Assembly: GCA_016840165.1 (NCBI GenBank)
Contig: JAEOSU010000067.1
Location: 1-64,000 of the forward strand
DNA length: 64,000 nt
Reading direction: 5' to 3'
From: Promethearchaeota archaeon
GTDB lineage: Archaea > Asgardarchaeota > Lokiarchaeia > Sigyniarchaeales > SOKP01
In this document: positions 38,819 to 50,105 of the stretch, in pieces
How the letters are laid out: every line of letters begins with the position of its first letter
Position numbering within the stretch: position 1 is the first letter of the stretch
Translations under genes and position numbers: made by a program
The notes under the pieces: model-generated
What the model saw: only the letters and a program-made list of their open reading frames with translations
Database searches by the model: none
Told to the model about the DNA's origin: nothing

Positions 38819-39784
38819 TTATCTCTTAAAATAGTCAGATTGTTGAATATGTTTTCGAATTATCCATGATTCCCAAAAACTATATATTTCTAATACAACA
38901 CCCTTTAATTTCTTTTTAGGGAAAAATAAATCCATTTGCAGTAATTTTTTAACTACTTTATTCTCATTTTTATTTAAGATCTCAAGTGATATTAATGTTT
39001 TATCAACTTTCTCTTGGTTATTCTTAATTTTTTTTCTCATATATTCAAAAGGGTGTGTGTTTGGACTCTTCACAAAGTAGGAATGACTTGAAGTTAAATA
39101 TTTACCATTTTTAAGAAAAAATGCTTCTGCTTTATTAATATCTTCTAAATATTGAGGAATTGAGCATTGTTTAAATCCATACCAGGGACCAAAACCTTCT
39201 ACTTCAGGCTTGGGTTTATCAAATCCTAAGCAACTGATGTGGAAAATTCTCTCTTTAGGTAAAAAGAAACCTATATGTCCTTTTGAATGCCCAGAGAAAG
39301 AAATTGTATCTATCTTAAAATCTTCAAACTTTAATGAATCTCCTGGATTAAAAGAATTAACGTGATTACACTTTTGGAATCCGTTTAATTTTGCGAAATG
39401 GTTAACAATATTAAAGTCTAATTCATCATCAAACCCAAAACCTTTATAAAATTTATGAAGATCTAATAAATAATTTGCTTCTGGATATGGTGCGTGAATT
39501 TTAGCTCCAAGTTCTTCCCATGCGTGAACATGACAAGTGTGATCAAGATGACCATGAGAACAAACATAATTTGAAACAGGACCATAAATATGATTTAGTG
39601 AATTCACATATCTTGGCTCGATATTCAAATCAAGTGCTATAGTTTTTCTATTTCGAACTGGCTTTGGTAAAACAAGAAGACCATCGCAGCAAGAAAAAAA
39701 GAATGGTGGTTTAATTTGATGGATTAATAAAATATCTTCCGTTACTTTTCTAATCTCAAGATTATCAATTTTAGGTAAAGTCAT
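38819..39784 (-). CDS. Metallo-beta-lactamase-fold hydrolase
   Basis: SHGHLDH, GHSKGH, SSH. Confidence 0.85.
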   Translation of the reverse strand: MTLPKIDNLEIRKVTEDILLIHQIKPPFFFSCCDGLLVLPKPVRNRKTIALDLNIEPRYVNSLNHIYGPVSNYVCSHGHLDHTCHVHAWEELGAKIHAPYPEANYLLDLHKFYKGFGFDDELDFNIVNHFAKLNGFQKCNHVNSFNPGDSLKFEDFKIDTISFSGHSKGHIGFFLPKERIFHISCLGFDKPKPEVEGFGPWYGFKQCSIPQYLEDINKAEAFFLKNGKYLTSSHSYFVKSPNTHPFEYMRKKIKNNQEKVDKTLISLEILNKNENKVVKKLLQMDLFFPKKKLKGVVLEIYSFWESWIIRKHIQQSDYFKR

Positions 39785-39941
39785 AAAATGAGGTTCTGAA
39801 AAATAGTCAAATTATTGCGATGAAAAATAAATTAGAATTTAATAACTTAACCTTAAAGAAATATTTTTTTTCAGAATTAACTCCTCATGATTATAAAGAA
39901 AAAAAAGAGAATTTGGAATTTGAATTTATCCTTATCTACTT

Positions 39942-40346
39942 TTAAAGTAGTGGTTTCATCTTTTCCTCTTGCTGTAGAAAAGTAAGTACAAAGAGTACTA
40001 GCAGAACTATAAAAATTATAAGGGTTACTACACCCATTCCTATATTAAAAACCGCGAAATTAATAATTGCTGCAATTAATCCTGTTGCCAACCATACCAA
40101 TTCAGCAATAATTACAATTTTCACTTCTTTCCATTCTTTTGCTAAGAAACCACATAAAGAACTCACTGTCAAACCTGCGCCAGAAGCACCCAAAATCATT
40201 AATATAGCCCCAATTTCATCGGTATAAGTCATTCCATATATAGGCACGGTAATTTCTGGTATAAAGAATAAAACCGTTAAAATAATCCCTATAACAAAAT
40301 GGATTATAAAAGTTATTTTCGTAAATTTTTGAATCTCTTCAACCAT
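39942..40346 (-). CDS. Small 4-TM membrane protein
   Basis: 134-aa hydrophobic ORF. Confidence 0.7.
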   Translation of the reverse strand: MVEEIQKFTKITFIIHFVIGIILTVLFFIPEITVPIYGMTYTDEIGAILMILGASGAGLTVSSLCGFLAKEWKEVKIVIIAELVWLATGLIAAIINFAVFNIGMGVVTLIIFIVLLVLFVLTFLQQEEKMKPLL

Positions 40347-40493
40347 TTTTCAAATCACTTTTTTGTTAGGTTTATTTAAATAGATGATTTTGAATTATTA
40401 TTTTCCTTAGTATATAAATGTTGAAATCTCAATAATATTAGTTTAGATATGAAATTCAATTAAAAATAAAAAAATAAGAAAATAAAAAAGTAA

Positions 40494-41288
40494 TTATAGC
40501 CCTACAGGGCCTTGTTTATAGATCTCATAAGCTTCATCAACTGAAACATTATCATGAACTATAGCTCTCACGGCTTTAATCATGCCAATAGGTTTATCTG
40601 ATTGGAAAATATTCCTTCCCATGTCTACTCCAACGGCATTTTTTTCAATTGCATTCTTTGCCATCTGCAATGCATCTCTTTCCTCGATTTTCTTCCCTCC
40701 AGCAATTACGATTGGTGCTGGGCAAATGCTAGTTACTTCCTCAAAATTTTCACAATAATAAGTCTTTACAAAAGTAGCTCCCATTTCTGCAGCCATTCTA
40801 CTTGCCATTCCGAGATAACGTGCATCTCTCACCATTTCTCTCCCTACTGCTGTGACCGCAAGTACGGGTACTCCATAAGTTTGCCCAAAATTCACAAGCT
40901 TAGAGAGGTTCATTAAAGTCTGTTTCTCATACTCACCTCCAACGAAAATAGAACAAGTAATAGCAGAAACATTCAACCTTATCGCATCCTCGATTGAAAC
41001 ATTGATTTCTTCGTTTGAAAGTTCCTTAAGCATACTAGCACCAGCAGAAACTCTTAAAACAATAGGAACATCTATTTCAGAAGGAACACAATTTCTTAGC
41101 ATACCACGTGTTAGCATTAAAGCATCTGCATATTCAAATAAAGGTGTCATATCTGCAAAACATTTCAGTTGCCCAGGGACATTTCCAAAATACCCATGAT
41201 CTATAGCCAGCATTACACAACGTCCACTCTTGGGCCTAATTATTCTATTCAATCTGTTTTGAAAGCCCCAATCACCTATTACTACCAT
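40494..41288 (-). CDS. lsrF: LsrF-like thiolase / DhnA-type class I aldolase
   Basis: DWGFQNRL, MLAIDHGY, VKTYYC, IAGGKK, GVDMGRNIFQ. Confidence 0.85.
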   Translation of the reverse strand: MVVIGDWGFQNRLNRIIRPKSGRCVMLAIDHGYFGNVPGQLKCFADMTPLFEYADALMLTRGMLRNCVPSEIDVPIVLRVSAGASMLKELSNEEINVSIEDAIRLNVSAITCSIFVGGEYEKQTLMNLSKLVNFGQTYGVPVLAVTAVGREMVRDARYLGMASRMAAEMGATFVKTYYCENFEEVTSICPAPIVIAGGKKIEERDALQMAKNAIEKNAVGVDMGRNIFQSDKPIGMIKAVRAIVHDNVSVDEAYEIYKQGPVGL

Positions 41289-41406
41289 TTATAATTCACT
41301 TTTTATATTATTGGTTATATTTATAGTTAATTTTTGTAAATTAATTATCGATCTTTATTTTATTTTTACTAAAAATTGGAGTTTACAAAGTTTCATAAGA
41401 AATTAG

Positions 41407-42255
41407 TTATATGACACTTAAAAACTCTCCAACTCTACTTTTTATCTTTGAGACAATCTTCACAGAGATATTTCTTCTAATAAATTCTTTAATCAAATTC
41501 AAACGATAAGTACTTATTTTTTTTATTTTTAATGCTTTAGATAATTGTTCAATTAAATCATCTTCATAAATATTATCAACTGTTTCAAGAATGGAAACAA
41601 CATAATTCACTTCACTTATAAATCGGGAAATATCTTGTTGAAGAAGCTTTTGTTGCTCTTGTTCATCAATAATTTCTAAAGCTCTTTTTAGAATTTGTTC
41701 TTCAAACTTTAGTTTTTCTTTCCATGGCGTTTGAAAAATATGTTGTTGTGTATCCATTATCAATGCATCTTTATCTTTTACTTTAATTTTACTAATATCA
41801 GGTTCATCGAGTAAATAGATTGTTTTACTTCCTCTAAAACTTTCGGGTAATATATTATCGCCTACTTTGTTTAATATTTCTTCAGAATACTCAAAAAAAT
41901 CATCCTTTATAATATAAGCAGGATAATTAAAAATCTTAGCATGAATTAGACTAAAAATTCCATAAGTACCAAAAGTTTGAATTAAATTTCTAAGATTTAT
42001 TCTTCCTTCAGCCTCTCTCTCTGCTTCAGGAGAAATAGTAACTATATGAAGGTCAATTTTTTCATAGCCCCTTACAATTCCTTTAGTATCTACAAATACT
42101 ATAAATTGGTGCTTTGGACATACTGCATTTATGGGTACTTGAATTTTGATGGTCCCAAACTTTTTTTGTGAAAAAACAGCTTCAGGAATATTAATTGTTT
42201 TTGCTATACCACATATAGGGCATTTTACTTCGAGGACTTTAAATGTATTACTCAT
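41407..42255 (-). CDS. Hypothetical protein with N-terminal CPxC...C..H zinc domain
   Basis: CPIC...CPKHQFIVFVD..G..RGYEKID. Confidence 0.7.
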   Translation of the reverse strand: MSNTFKVLEVKCPICGIAKTINIPEAVFSQKKFGTIKIQVPINAVCPKHQFIVFVDTKGIVRGYEKIDLHIVTISPEAEREAEGRINLRNLIQTFGTYGIFSLIHAKIFNYPAYIIKDDFFEYSEEILNKVGDNILPESFRGSKTIYLLDEPDISKIKVKDKDALIMDTQQHIFQTPWKEKLKFEEQILKRALEIIDEQEQQKLLQQDISRFISEVNYVVSILETVDNIYEDDLIEQLSKALKIKKISTYRLNLIKEFIRRNISVKIVSKIKSRVGEFLSVI

Positions 42256-42364
42256 CTTTCAAATTAACTAATTTGATCAGATCCTAATAATAATACATCA
42301 ACTCTACATAAAAAGATTAACAAATTTCTTAAAATCTGATATTAGATATTTAGAATTAGTGTAA

Positions 42365-43099
42365 TTACAGTTTTGTCGCAAAGCTTTCATTTTTTAAGCT
42401 GACTAATTTTTTATTCCAATTCTTATAATCCATAACATAATTATATCCACATACTGTTTCGATATTTTGTTTTTTAACGATTTCTTTTATTCTTTTTACC
42501 CCATCCATAGTTGAATGAGCAGGACCGTAAGGATTTAAAATCAGATTTTCTTCTCTTAAGAAAAAATAATCACAAATAAAAAGCACATCTTCGAAAATAT
42601 AAAATGTAAATCCTGGTGTATGTCCATTAATAATGTGGGCTTCAATGCCTTCAAGTTTAAAATCATGTTCAAATTTCTTATCAAATGGATGTTTACTAGC
42701 AATTGGAAGTTCTGAATCTTTCTTATGGATCCAAATAAAGGTTGTATAATAAGCCCTATAAAGATTAGATGCTCCTAGAAAATGAGGGTGTGTAAATAAT
42801 ATTTTATCCATAGGTTCTAAATCCTTACTGAATGTAGAAGGACAATCAATCCATATATTCTTACCCTTTATTTTAATACAATAAGCTGAATGCTCAAATC
42901 CTAATTTAGGGTAAGAATTTAAACGATCAATTTTATTATTAATTTTAGAACTCACAATTGAATATTTTTGAGAACACTCTTCTGCGGTAATAAAATTTTC
43001 ATGAGATACCCCACAAAAAGGACAGGATTCTGGATAATAACCCCCAATTATATTATACCCGCATCTTTTACAAACGTATTGTTCTTTCAATAATTTCAT
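42365..43099 (-). CDS. Rubredoxin-like domain fused to MBL-fold domain
   Basis: CKRCGY...CPFCG; THPHF, GHTPG. Confidence 0.8.
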   Translation of the reverse strand: MKLLKEQYVCKRCGYNIIGGYYPESCPFCGVSHENFITAEECSQKYSIVSSKINNKIDRLNSYPKLGFEHSAYCIKIKGKNIWIDCPSTFSKDLEPMDKILFTHPHFLGASNLYRAYYTTFIWIHKKDSELPIASKHPFDKKFEHDFKLEGIEAHIINGHTPGFTFYIFEDVLFICDYFFLREENLILNPYGPAHSTMDGVKRIKEIVKKQNIETVCGYNYVMDYKNWNKKLVSLKNESFATKL

Positions 43100-43193
43100 T
43101 TTTCTAGGAAAAAATCACTTCAAAGAAACTCTCTTTAAATTAATTCTTCTTAAATATGTAAAAAGTTTTTTTAAAAAATTAATTAATTCCATT

Positions 43194-44489
43194 ATGAAAA
43201 TAGATATTTCTAAAGAAGATTCAGAATTTTTGTATAATTTTGTTCATCGAATAATTACAGAAGTGGGACCAAGAATACCTTGTAGTTCTCAAGAAGCTAA
43301 AGCCGCTGAAATTATTGAAAAAGAGTTTAAAAAATCCTGTGATGAAGTTTTGATGGAAGATTTCACTTGTCATCCGAAAGCATTTTTAGGTTGGATTAAG
43401 CTGGATATGATTATGATTGTAATATCGATTCTTCTTTATTTCTTAAGTCAAGTATTTACAAATTATTATTGGTTGTTGATTATAGCTATATTTTCCTTTT
43501 TGTTTGTATTAATCCCTTTTTTGGTTATGTGGGAGGAATTTTTTAATTATAAAGAGTTTATAGATCCACTATTTCGTAAAAAAACCTCCAAAAATGTAAT
43601 TGGGAAATTTAAACCAAAAGGAGAGCTAAAAAAAATCATAATCTTTTCTAGCCATATGGATAGCGCTATTGAATTTAAATTGTTGAAACTTTTAGGTTGG
43701 AAATTTATACCCATTGCATTTGGGGGAATATTCATAATGTCAATGTGGTTAATTCTTTCATTTTCACATCTTTTAATTATTTTGATTGGTATAATTAGCT
43801 TAAAGGCAATTTTTTTTAATGTAATGATTTGGACTCTTATTATAGGAAGCCCATGTATTATAGGACTTTATTTTTTTGTACCACTGGGAGATAAGGGAAA
43901 TGTAGTACCTGGTGCTGTAGATAATCTAAGTAGTTGCTCAGTTGTTCAAGGGATAGGACGATATTTAAAAAAAAATAGGGACTTAATCCCAAATAATACT
44001 GAAATAAGATTAATAAGCTTTGGTTGTGAAGAAGCTGGTTTGAGAGGGGCATATCGGTATGTAGAAGCTCATTATGAAGAGTTAAAAAAATATGATGCAG
44101 TAGTTGTAAATATGGATGGTCTTGAGTCTCCTGATCATTTTCAAATAATCGAATTTGAACCTACTACGAGAACTTGGCATTCAGAGGAAGTTATTCAAAA
44201 CCTATTAAAGGCAGCAAAATTAGTTGAGGTTAAAACAAAACGATTTGGTGCAGGAAAATTAGAGAAAACAGTAGGGCGTTTAAGTGGGGGTTCCGATGCC
44301 GCAGCATTTTCAAAAGCAGGTATTAAAGCAGGATTTCTAAATTCCGCAGATTGGAGGACACGTTCAAAATATTATCATCAATCTACAGATACATTAGATA
44401 AAATCAAAACTGGAACATTAGAGTGCGCATTAAAAATTTGTATTGCTTTTCTAATGAATGAAAAAAATACTAATTATGAATTTTCATAA
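43194..44489 (+). CDS. M28 family metallopeptidase with TM insertions
   Basis: SHMDS, GAVDNLS, GCEEAGLRG, NMD, GSDA, YHQSTD. Confidence 0.88.
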   Translation: MKIDISKEDSEFLYNFVHRIITEVGPRIPCSSQEAKAAEIIEKEFKKSCDEVLMEDFTCHPKAFLGWIKLDMIMIVISILLYFLSQVFTNYYWLLIIAIFSFLFVLIPFLVMWEEFFNYKEFIDPLFRKKTSKNVIGKFKPKGELKKIIIFSSHMDSAIEFKLLKLLGWKFIPIAFGGIFIMSMWLILSFSHLLIILIGIISLKAIFFNVMIWTLIIGSPCIIGLYFFVPLGDKGNVVPGAVDNLSSCSVVQGIGRYLKKNRDLIPNNTEIRLISFGCEEAGLRGAYRYVEAHYEELKKYDAVVVNMDGLESPDHFQIIEFEPTTRTWHSEEVIQNLLKAAKLVEVKTKRFGAGKLEKTVGRLSGGSDAAAFSKAGIKAGFLNSADWRTRSKYYHQSTDTLDKIKTGTLECALKICIAFLMNEKNTNYEFS

Positions 44490-46124
44490 TCATGTTTTTC
44501 TTAAAGGCATTCCAGACAATGATCCTGTAAAATTTCCCTGATCATATGCAATCACTCCGTTTACGAAAACATATTCAACGCCTTCAGAATATAATCGAGG
44601 ATTTTCATACGTTGCTTTATCAATTATTTTATCTGCATCAAATATGGTGATATCCGCCCAATATCCTTCTTTAAGTAAGCCACGATCTTTTAATCCCAAT
44701 TTCTGTGCAGGAAATGAAGTCATTTTTTTAATTGCATCATGTAAAGTAATTAATTTTTTTTCACGGACATACTTTCCTAATACCTGAGTAAAAGTACCAT
44801 TACAGTAAGGATTTGGAAAAACCTCAGAATTTTCTGGTATTATTAACCCATCAGAGGCAATCATGGAAAGTGGATGCACAATTGTTACAATATTATCTTC
44901 AGCAGTTATCGAAAGGTATGTTGCGTTTACAGCACCATTTTGATCTATTAAAATTTCAATAATTGCTTCTCTTGGATCGATTTTTTTCTCTAATGAAATT
45001 TGGTATACATGTTTACCGTTATATTCTTTGCTTTTAGGAGCATTTATATATACCTTCACCCAATCTTTTTCTTCCTTGATATTCAAAAAACTGCCAGCGA
45101 TCACACTCATTTCTCGAAGTATCTTACTTTTTAAATCATTATCGTTTTTAGATTTTTTTAAAATATCTATCGCACGAGGAATGTCTACTCTTTCATTTGA
45201 TTGGTAAATCCAAGGCGGTACCATAGCAAACAAAAAAGTGTAATTTGATGCATGAGGAAATACATCAAAAGTTACATCTAAACCCTCTTCACGGGCTCTT
45301 TCGACAACTTTACAAGCTTTTCTGATATCTCCTGGCCAAAATCCAAAGGGTTTAAAATGAGAAATTTCTACGGGTATCCCTGTTCTAGCAATCTTAACGG
45401 CCTCTTTCGTAGCCCTTACTAATCCGCTTCCAAATCCGCGAAAGTGAGTAGTATAAATTCCATCATATTCACTAACAACTTTACAGAGCTCAATAATTTC
45501 ATCAGTTTTGGCAAAAGAGCCTGGGGGATAGTCTAAACCTGTTGACATGCCGAATGCCCCCTGTTCCATTTGTTCTCTTAGAATATCTTTCATTTTTTTC
45601 AATTCTTCAGAGTTTGGGGCTCTTTTGTCTAAACCAAGGGTTAAAATCCTTATCATCGAATGACCTACTAATGGAGCAATGTTAATGGGGATCCCTTTTT
45701 GCTTTAAATCGGCTAAATATCCACTTAATTTACGATATGTTTTATATTTATCTCCAGATGAAATGAGAGATCTAAACATATCATAAATTTCATCTCCAGC
45801 TCTCTTTGGATCGATTGGTGTCATTGAAAATCCACAATTCCCGACAACATGAGTAGTTACTCCTTGTGTCAATACATTCTCACCTCGACTTAAAAAAATT
45901 GTTTGATCTGAATGTGTGTGGATATCAATAAAACCAGGTGAAACAATTAAACCTGAAGCATCAATTACTACATCAATATCTTTTTTTCTAATGGTACGAG
46001 CAATTTCTTTAATTTTACCATTATCAATTAATAAATCTGCTTTAAACCAAGGATTTCCTGTTCCATCAATTATTTTTCCATTCTTGATTAAAAAAGAGTT
46101 TTTATTAGAGTTTTGTCCTTTCAT
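44490..46124 (-). CDS. N-acyl-D-amino-acid deacylase (amidohydrolase)
   Basis: PGFIDIHTHSD, GNCG, STGLDY, SHFK, ASDG, ADITIFD. Confidence 0.9.
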   Translation of the reverse strand: MKGQNSNKNSFLIKNGKIIDGTGNPWFKADLLIDNGKIKEIARTIRKKDIDVVIDASGLIVSPGFIDIHTHSDQTIFLSRGENVLTQGVTTHVVGNCGFSMTPIDPKRAGDEIYDMFRSLISSGDKYKTYRKLSGYLADLKQKGIPINIAPLVGHSMIRILTLGLDKRAPNSEELKKMKDILREQMEQGAFGMSTGLDYPPGSFAKTDEIIELCKVVSEYDGIYTTHFRGFGSGLVRATKEAVKIARTGIPVEISHFKPFGFWPGDIRKACKVVERAREEGLDVTFDVFPHASNYTFLFAMVPPWIYQSNERVDIPRAIDILKKSKNDNDLKSKILREMSVIAGSFLNIKEEKDWVKVYINAPKSKEYNGKHVYQISLEKKIDPREAIIEILIDQNGAVNATYLSITAEDNIVTIVHPLSMIASDGLIIPENSEVFPNPYCNGTFTQVLGKYVREKKLITLHDAIKKMTSFPAQKLGLKDRGLLKEGYWADITIFDADKIIDKATYENPRLYSEGVEYVFVNGVIAYDQGNFTGSLSGMPLRKT

Positions 46125-46300
46125 AAAAATCAGAATTTTTTATTTTTTTATTAAAAGTGATCTTTATTTTTGGGGATATAAATATTGAATTATTTATATA
46201 CTCTTGAAATCTTTACTGAAAATCCTACCTTTTTTATTTCGAAAATATAAAGAATTAATAGATTGAACAAAAAAAATAGAATTTATTATTATATTTTCTA

Positions 46301-48886
46301 CTATTGTTTTTTAACAACTAGTTTTGTTAAAGCTATGATAAGAATCATTGGTATAACACCAAGACCAAATATCAGAAATAAAGCTAAATCTAGATAGCTT
46401 CCAATCGATAAAATGAAAGGAATTAGAAATAGTTGTCCAACAGAATCGAGTAAATAATGAGCTATTATACATGGTAGTAAACTTTTTGTTTTAATATAAA
46501 TATAAGCAAAAGTAATCCCAATACAACTAGCATAAATTGTTTGCATAAGAGTTAAGAATAAATCTGCTCCCAGTATTAAATTAGTTAAATGGAATAATCC
46601 AAATAATACACCATTTAAGATTATTGATGTCTTATGTGAATATTTCTTTAATTGCAAATTTAAAATTACTCCTCTAAATGCTATCTCTTCCCATATTCCA
46701 GGTATTAATGCGATAATCAATATAAACCAACCTAAGCCTGTATAAATGCTTGGATTCCCAAATAGAATATTCCAATCAAGGAACCATGTTCCAAAAATAT
46801 TTCCAATCAAAAGTATCGAGATACCTAATATTATGATACTACTAACTCCAAGAAATATATTACGCCAGAGAGGTCTAAACGTACTTAATCCAATAGTTAG
46901 AGAAAATTCTCTAAAAGATTCTTTCTTAGGTAGCTTTAATCCAAGAGGTACCGCTACAAACCATAAAAGGGCAAATAAGCTAAAAGTTAAAAAAAATTCA
47001 ACAAACAACAATACAAGAAAAGGTAGATTTAATATAATTGGTAATAAGAGTAATTCTATTGGTATCACCAAAAGCCCGAAAATTAGATACAGAACCATTA
47101 GGATTCCAGAACCAATATTAACATGTTCTCGTAGTAATCCTCCAGTTACATAATTGTGCATTTTTTCAACATTAGGAAACATTCTAGTGAATACAAATAT
47201 TAAACTTAAAACTCCAATAATCCCTATAAACCCTAAAACAATTAATGCAGTAATTATACCAGAAATATAAAACAAGAGATTACCAGTTATTGAAATTGTT
47301 GCATATAATAAAAATAAAGATACGAGCATAAGTGCCCATTTACCAACTTTATGTTCTTTATTTAATTCCTCTATGATATATTTGTATTTCACCTTCCCAA
47401 AGAGTCGAATCTTCACCTCAAACATGAATAACAATAAAGTCCAAGCAATTGGTAAACTGACTAAGAATAATAATAGTATAATTATCGAATTAGTTAATAT
47501 TGTAAGCACTATTGATGACAGAATAATTGATATTCCTTGAATTGATAACATTAGTATGATTTTAGCTTTAGCTTGTTCACGAGGGATAATAGGTAACGAT
47601 GCTATTGTGGATGAGCCTGATTCTTCAATATTTAAGAAACCTACAATTAACATTGGAGGAATAAATAAATACACTGCTAACACAATAGACCATAGGATTA
47701 AAATAGCCTCTACCGATGTTCCTGCCATGTTAATTGGTACTTGCATAGTTAAAATTAGTATTAAAGGATAAAAAATAGGGAAGAAAATAAACATAAAGGA
47801 CTGTAAATCACGTGTCGTTGATACTAAATCTTTCCTTAAGTATGCCTTTATAGGTGATTTAGGAACTATTTCCACTTCAATCTCTCTTTTCTCTACTTCT
47901 TCTACTTTTATCTCGGTAGAAATCGTGCTACGTAAAGCTCGTTGAGCAGTCCTAAAGAGAAACAATGTTATTAGTATGAATAAGGCAAACCCTATGATTG
48001 TACTTCCTATTATTCCTAAGGGAACTCGATTTGGCATACTACTTAATGATATGAGATATCCTGGAGCGAACGGGTATGGGATTAAGCTAAAAATAATATT
48101 CATCATATCAGAAGGCTCATTAGTAGCGAAAGTAGCTAGAAGTGTATCAACAGAATTAAATCCCCAAGTAATTATGAATCCAGATGAAAATGCGATTACA
48201 AAATAGCTTATCATCGTTATCATTCTAACAATATTCACTTTCTTTGATTTTCCTTTCGATTCTGAGAAAATATAGCTCATTTTTTCTCCTAAGATAACAA
48301 GTAAGCTAAAGCAAAAGACCACATTTAGAAACGAAACTAAGAGCGTGGTTATAAAAATTAAGAAATTCTGGGTTCCGATGAACATTATAATAGGAGATGC
48401 GAAGATTAATACAATGAGCGGGATATCAAGATTGCGAAAAATAGTCATAAATCCAATTTTTCTCAAATCTTTTTTAGAGAAGGGAAGTGTTTGTAACCAT
48501 TTGAAAGAATTTCCCGACATGAAAGAACTGGTTGAAACCATACCAAACATTATCATATATAGAAGTGTTATTGCAAAGAATATTCCAAAAATGAAACTGG
48601 ATACAAAAGCAATGGTATTTGGCGTATATACATGTTCAGGATTAAGTGTAATTTGGAAATACATGACTAATGGGAGAAGGGGAAAAAATGTAAATAGAAA
48701 TGAAAACACAATCTTTAACGCTAAAAATTGATGTTTAATATAATTCTTATTTCTCTTGAATTTTTCAATTAACCTTGCCTGATGAGCACCTGCACTTGCA
48801 ATTTGACCCTCCATCAGAATTTCATAGCAGGTAAATTTACTTATGCTGTAGTATTTTAACTTTTCTTCTTCCATATTCAATTTCAC
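46301..48886 (-). CDS. ABC-type permease fused to C-terminal CPBP intramembrane protease
   Basis: Multi-TM N-terminal ~570 aa (LQTLP, YLRKDL, ASLPI); EEIAFRG, FGLFH, AHYLLD at C-terminus. Confidence 0.8.
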   Translation of the reverse strand: MKLNMEEEKLKYYSISKFTCYEILMEGQIASAGAHQARLIEKFKRNKNYIKHQFLALKIVFSFLFTFFPLLPLVMYFQITLNPEHVYTPNTIAFVSSFIFGIFFAITLLYMIMFGMVSTSSFMSGNSFKWLQTLPFSKKDLRKIGFMTIFRNLDIPLIVLIFASPIIMFIGTQNFLIFITTLLVSFLNVVFCFSLLVILGEKMSYIFSESKGKSKKVNIVRMITMISYFVIAFSSGFIITWGFNSVDTLLATFATNEPSDMMNIIFSLIPYPFAPGYLISLSSMPNRVPLGIIGSTIIGFALFILITLFLFRTAQRALRSTISTEIKVEEVEKREIEVEIVPKSPIKAYLRKDLVSTTRDLQSFMFIFFPIFYPLILILTMQVPINMAGTSVEAILILWSIVLAVYLFIPPMLIVGFLNIEESGSSTIASLPIIPREQAKAKIILMLSIQGISIILSSIVLTILTNSIIILLLFLVSLPIAWTLLLFMFEVKIRLFGKVKYKYIIEELNKEHKVGKWALMLVSLFLLYATISITGNLLFYISGIITALIVLGFIGIIGVLSLIFVFTRMFPNVEKMHNYVTGGLLREHVNIGSGILMVLYLIFGLLVIPIELLLLPIILNLPFLVLLFVEFFLTFSLFALLWFVAVPLGLKLPKKESFREFSLTIGLSTFRPLWRNIFLGVSSIIILGISILLIGNIFGTWFLDWNILFGNPSIYTGLGWFILIIALIPGIWEEIAFRGVILNLQLKKYSHKTSIILNGVLFGLFHLTNLILGADLFLTLMQTIYASCIGITFAYIYIKTKSLLPCIIAHYLLDSVGQLFLIPFILSIGSYLDLALFLIFGLGVIPMILIIALTKLVVKKQ

Positions 48887-49683
48887 TATTGATTTTTCTT
48901 TCTAAATGAAGCTCTTAGTCTTTTTACAATTTCAATTACTGATGTATCTTGTTCAGTTAAACGTAAAAATACATCTTCTAAGCTTGCGCCTACTTTATTT
49001 GCCTTTTGACGGAGTTCTTCAATAGTACCAATCCCAACAATTTTACCCTTATTTATAATTGCTATACGGTCGCATAAATCTTGAGCAATCTCCATTATAT
49101 GGGTAGAAAATAAGACAGATCCTCCATTTTCTATATGTAAATCTAGTATTTCTTTCATTACTTTGACTGATTTGGCATCAAGCCCTGCAATTGGCTCATC
49201 TAAAATTAATAAATCGGGATCATGTAGAATAGCTGCAATGATCTGAAGTTTTTGTTTGTTACCATGAGATAATGTTGCTATTAATTGGTCATAATATTCA
49301 AGTGCATCAAAACTTTCTAAATATTCTCGTACTCGTTCTGTAGTAGTAGTTTCATCTAATCTTCTAATTGATGCTATAAAGTTAAATAAATCTTTAGGTG
49401 TAAGCGACTTGAATATTAAGGGTTCTTCTGACACATAGCCTATTCTTTTTTTTATTTTGACTTCCTCTCGTTCAGGATTTAACCCAAAAATACTCATTTC
49501 TCCTTCATTTGGTTCAAGTAAGCCGAGAAGAAGCTTAATAGTTGTTGTTTTCCCCGCTCCGTTCGGACCAAGGAGTCCAAATACTTCTCCTTTATGTACA
49601 TTAAAAGAAATGCCATTAACGGCTTTCACTTCTCCAAAAAACTTCTTTAAATTTTGAACAATAATGATTTCATTATTAATCAT
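48886..49683 (-). CDS. ABC transporter ATP-binding subunit
   Basis: GPNGAGKTT, LSHGNKQ, ILDEP, STH. Confidence 0.95.
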   Translation of the reverse strand: MINNEIIIVQNLKKFFGEVKAVNGISFNVHKGEVFGLLGPNGAGKTTTIKLLLGLLEPNEGEMSIFGLNPEREEVKIKKRIGYVSEEPLIFKSLTPKDLFNFIASIRRLDETTTTERVREYLESFDALEYYDQLIATLSHGNKQKLQIIAAILHDPDLLILDEPIAGLDAKSVKVMKEILDLHIENGGSVLFSTHIMEIAQDLCDRIAIINKGKIVGIGTIEELRQKANKVGASLEDVFLRLTEQDTSVIEIVKRLRASFRKKNQ

Positions 49684-50105
49684 TTCAAATCAACTTTGAT
49701 ATATTTCTATATATATTTACATATAATATTCATAATTCATAATTCTTCCTAATTAATTCTAAAAAAATTAACCTTATGATAGTTTCTACTTCGTTGACTA
49801 TCAAGAATCTCTGTATAATACTGAATCTTAGACCAAAGATGTTATGATGATATGTGTATAAGGTCGCTTTACGGTAAATCTCCATTTTTTTAAACGGAAA
49901 AATGTCCTTAGATGCGTTAAATGGAACTTCACCATTATCCTTACAATACCCTCTATAAAATTTCCTCGATATCAATTATAGTTTAGATTCTTGTCTTCGA
50001 AATTCTACAAACTCTACAAATTAATAAGTCACCTATACATAATGAAATATATAGGGGAATTTTCTTTAAAATACTATAAGAGAACTATATTAAAAAATAA
50101 TCGCT

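Noticed and set aside
49730-49975. 81-aa TTG ORF and TGATAGT/ACTATCA inverted repeat near 49777-49803
   Set aside because: No motif and weak start; the repeat is short and unmatched elsewhere, so it cannot be supported as a gene or element end
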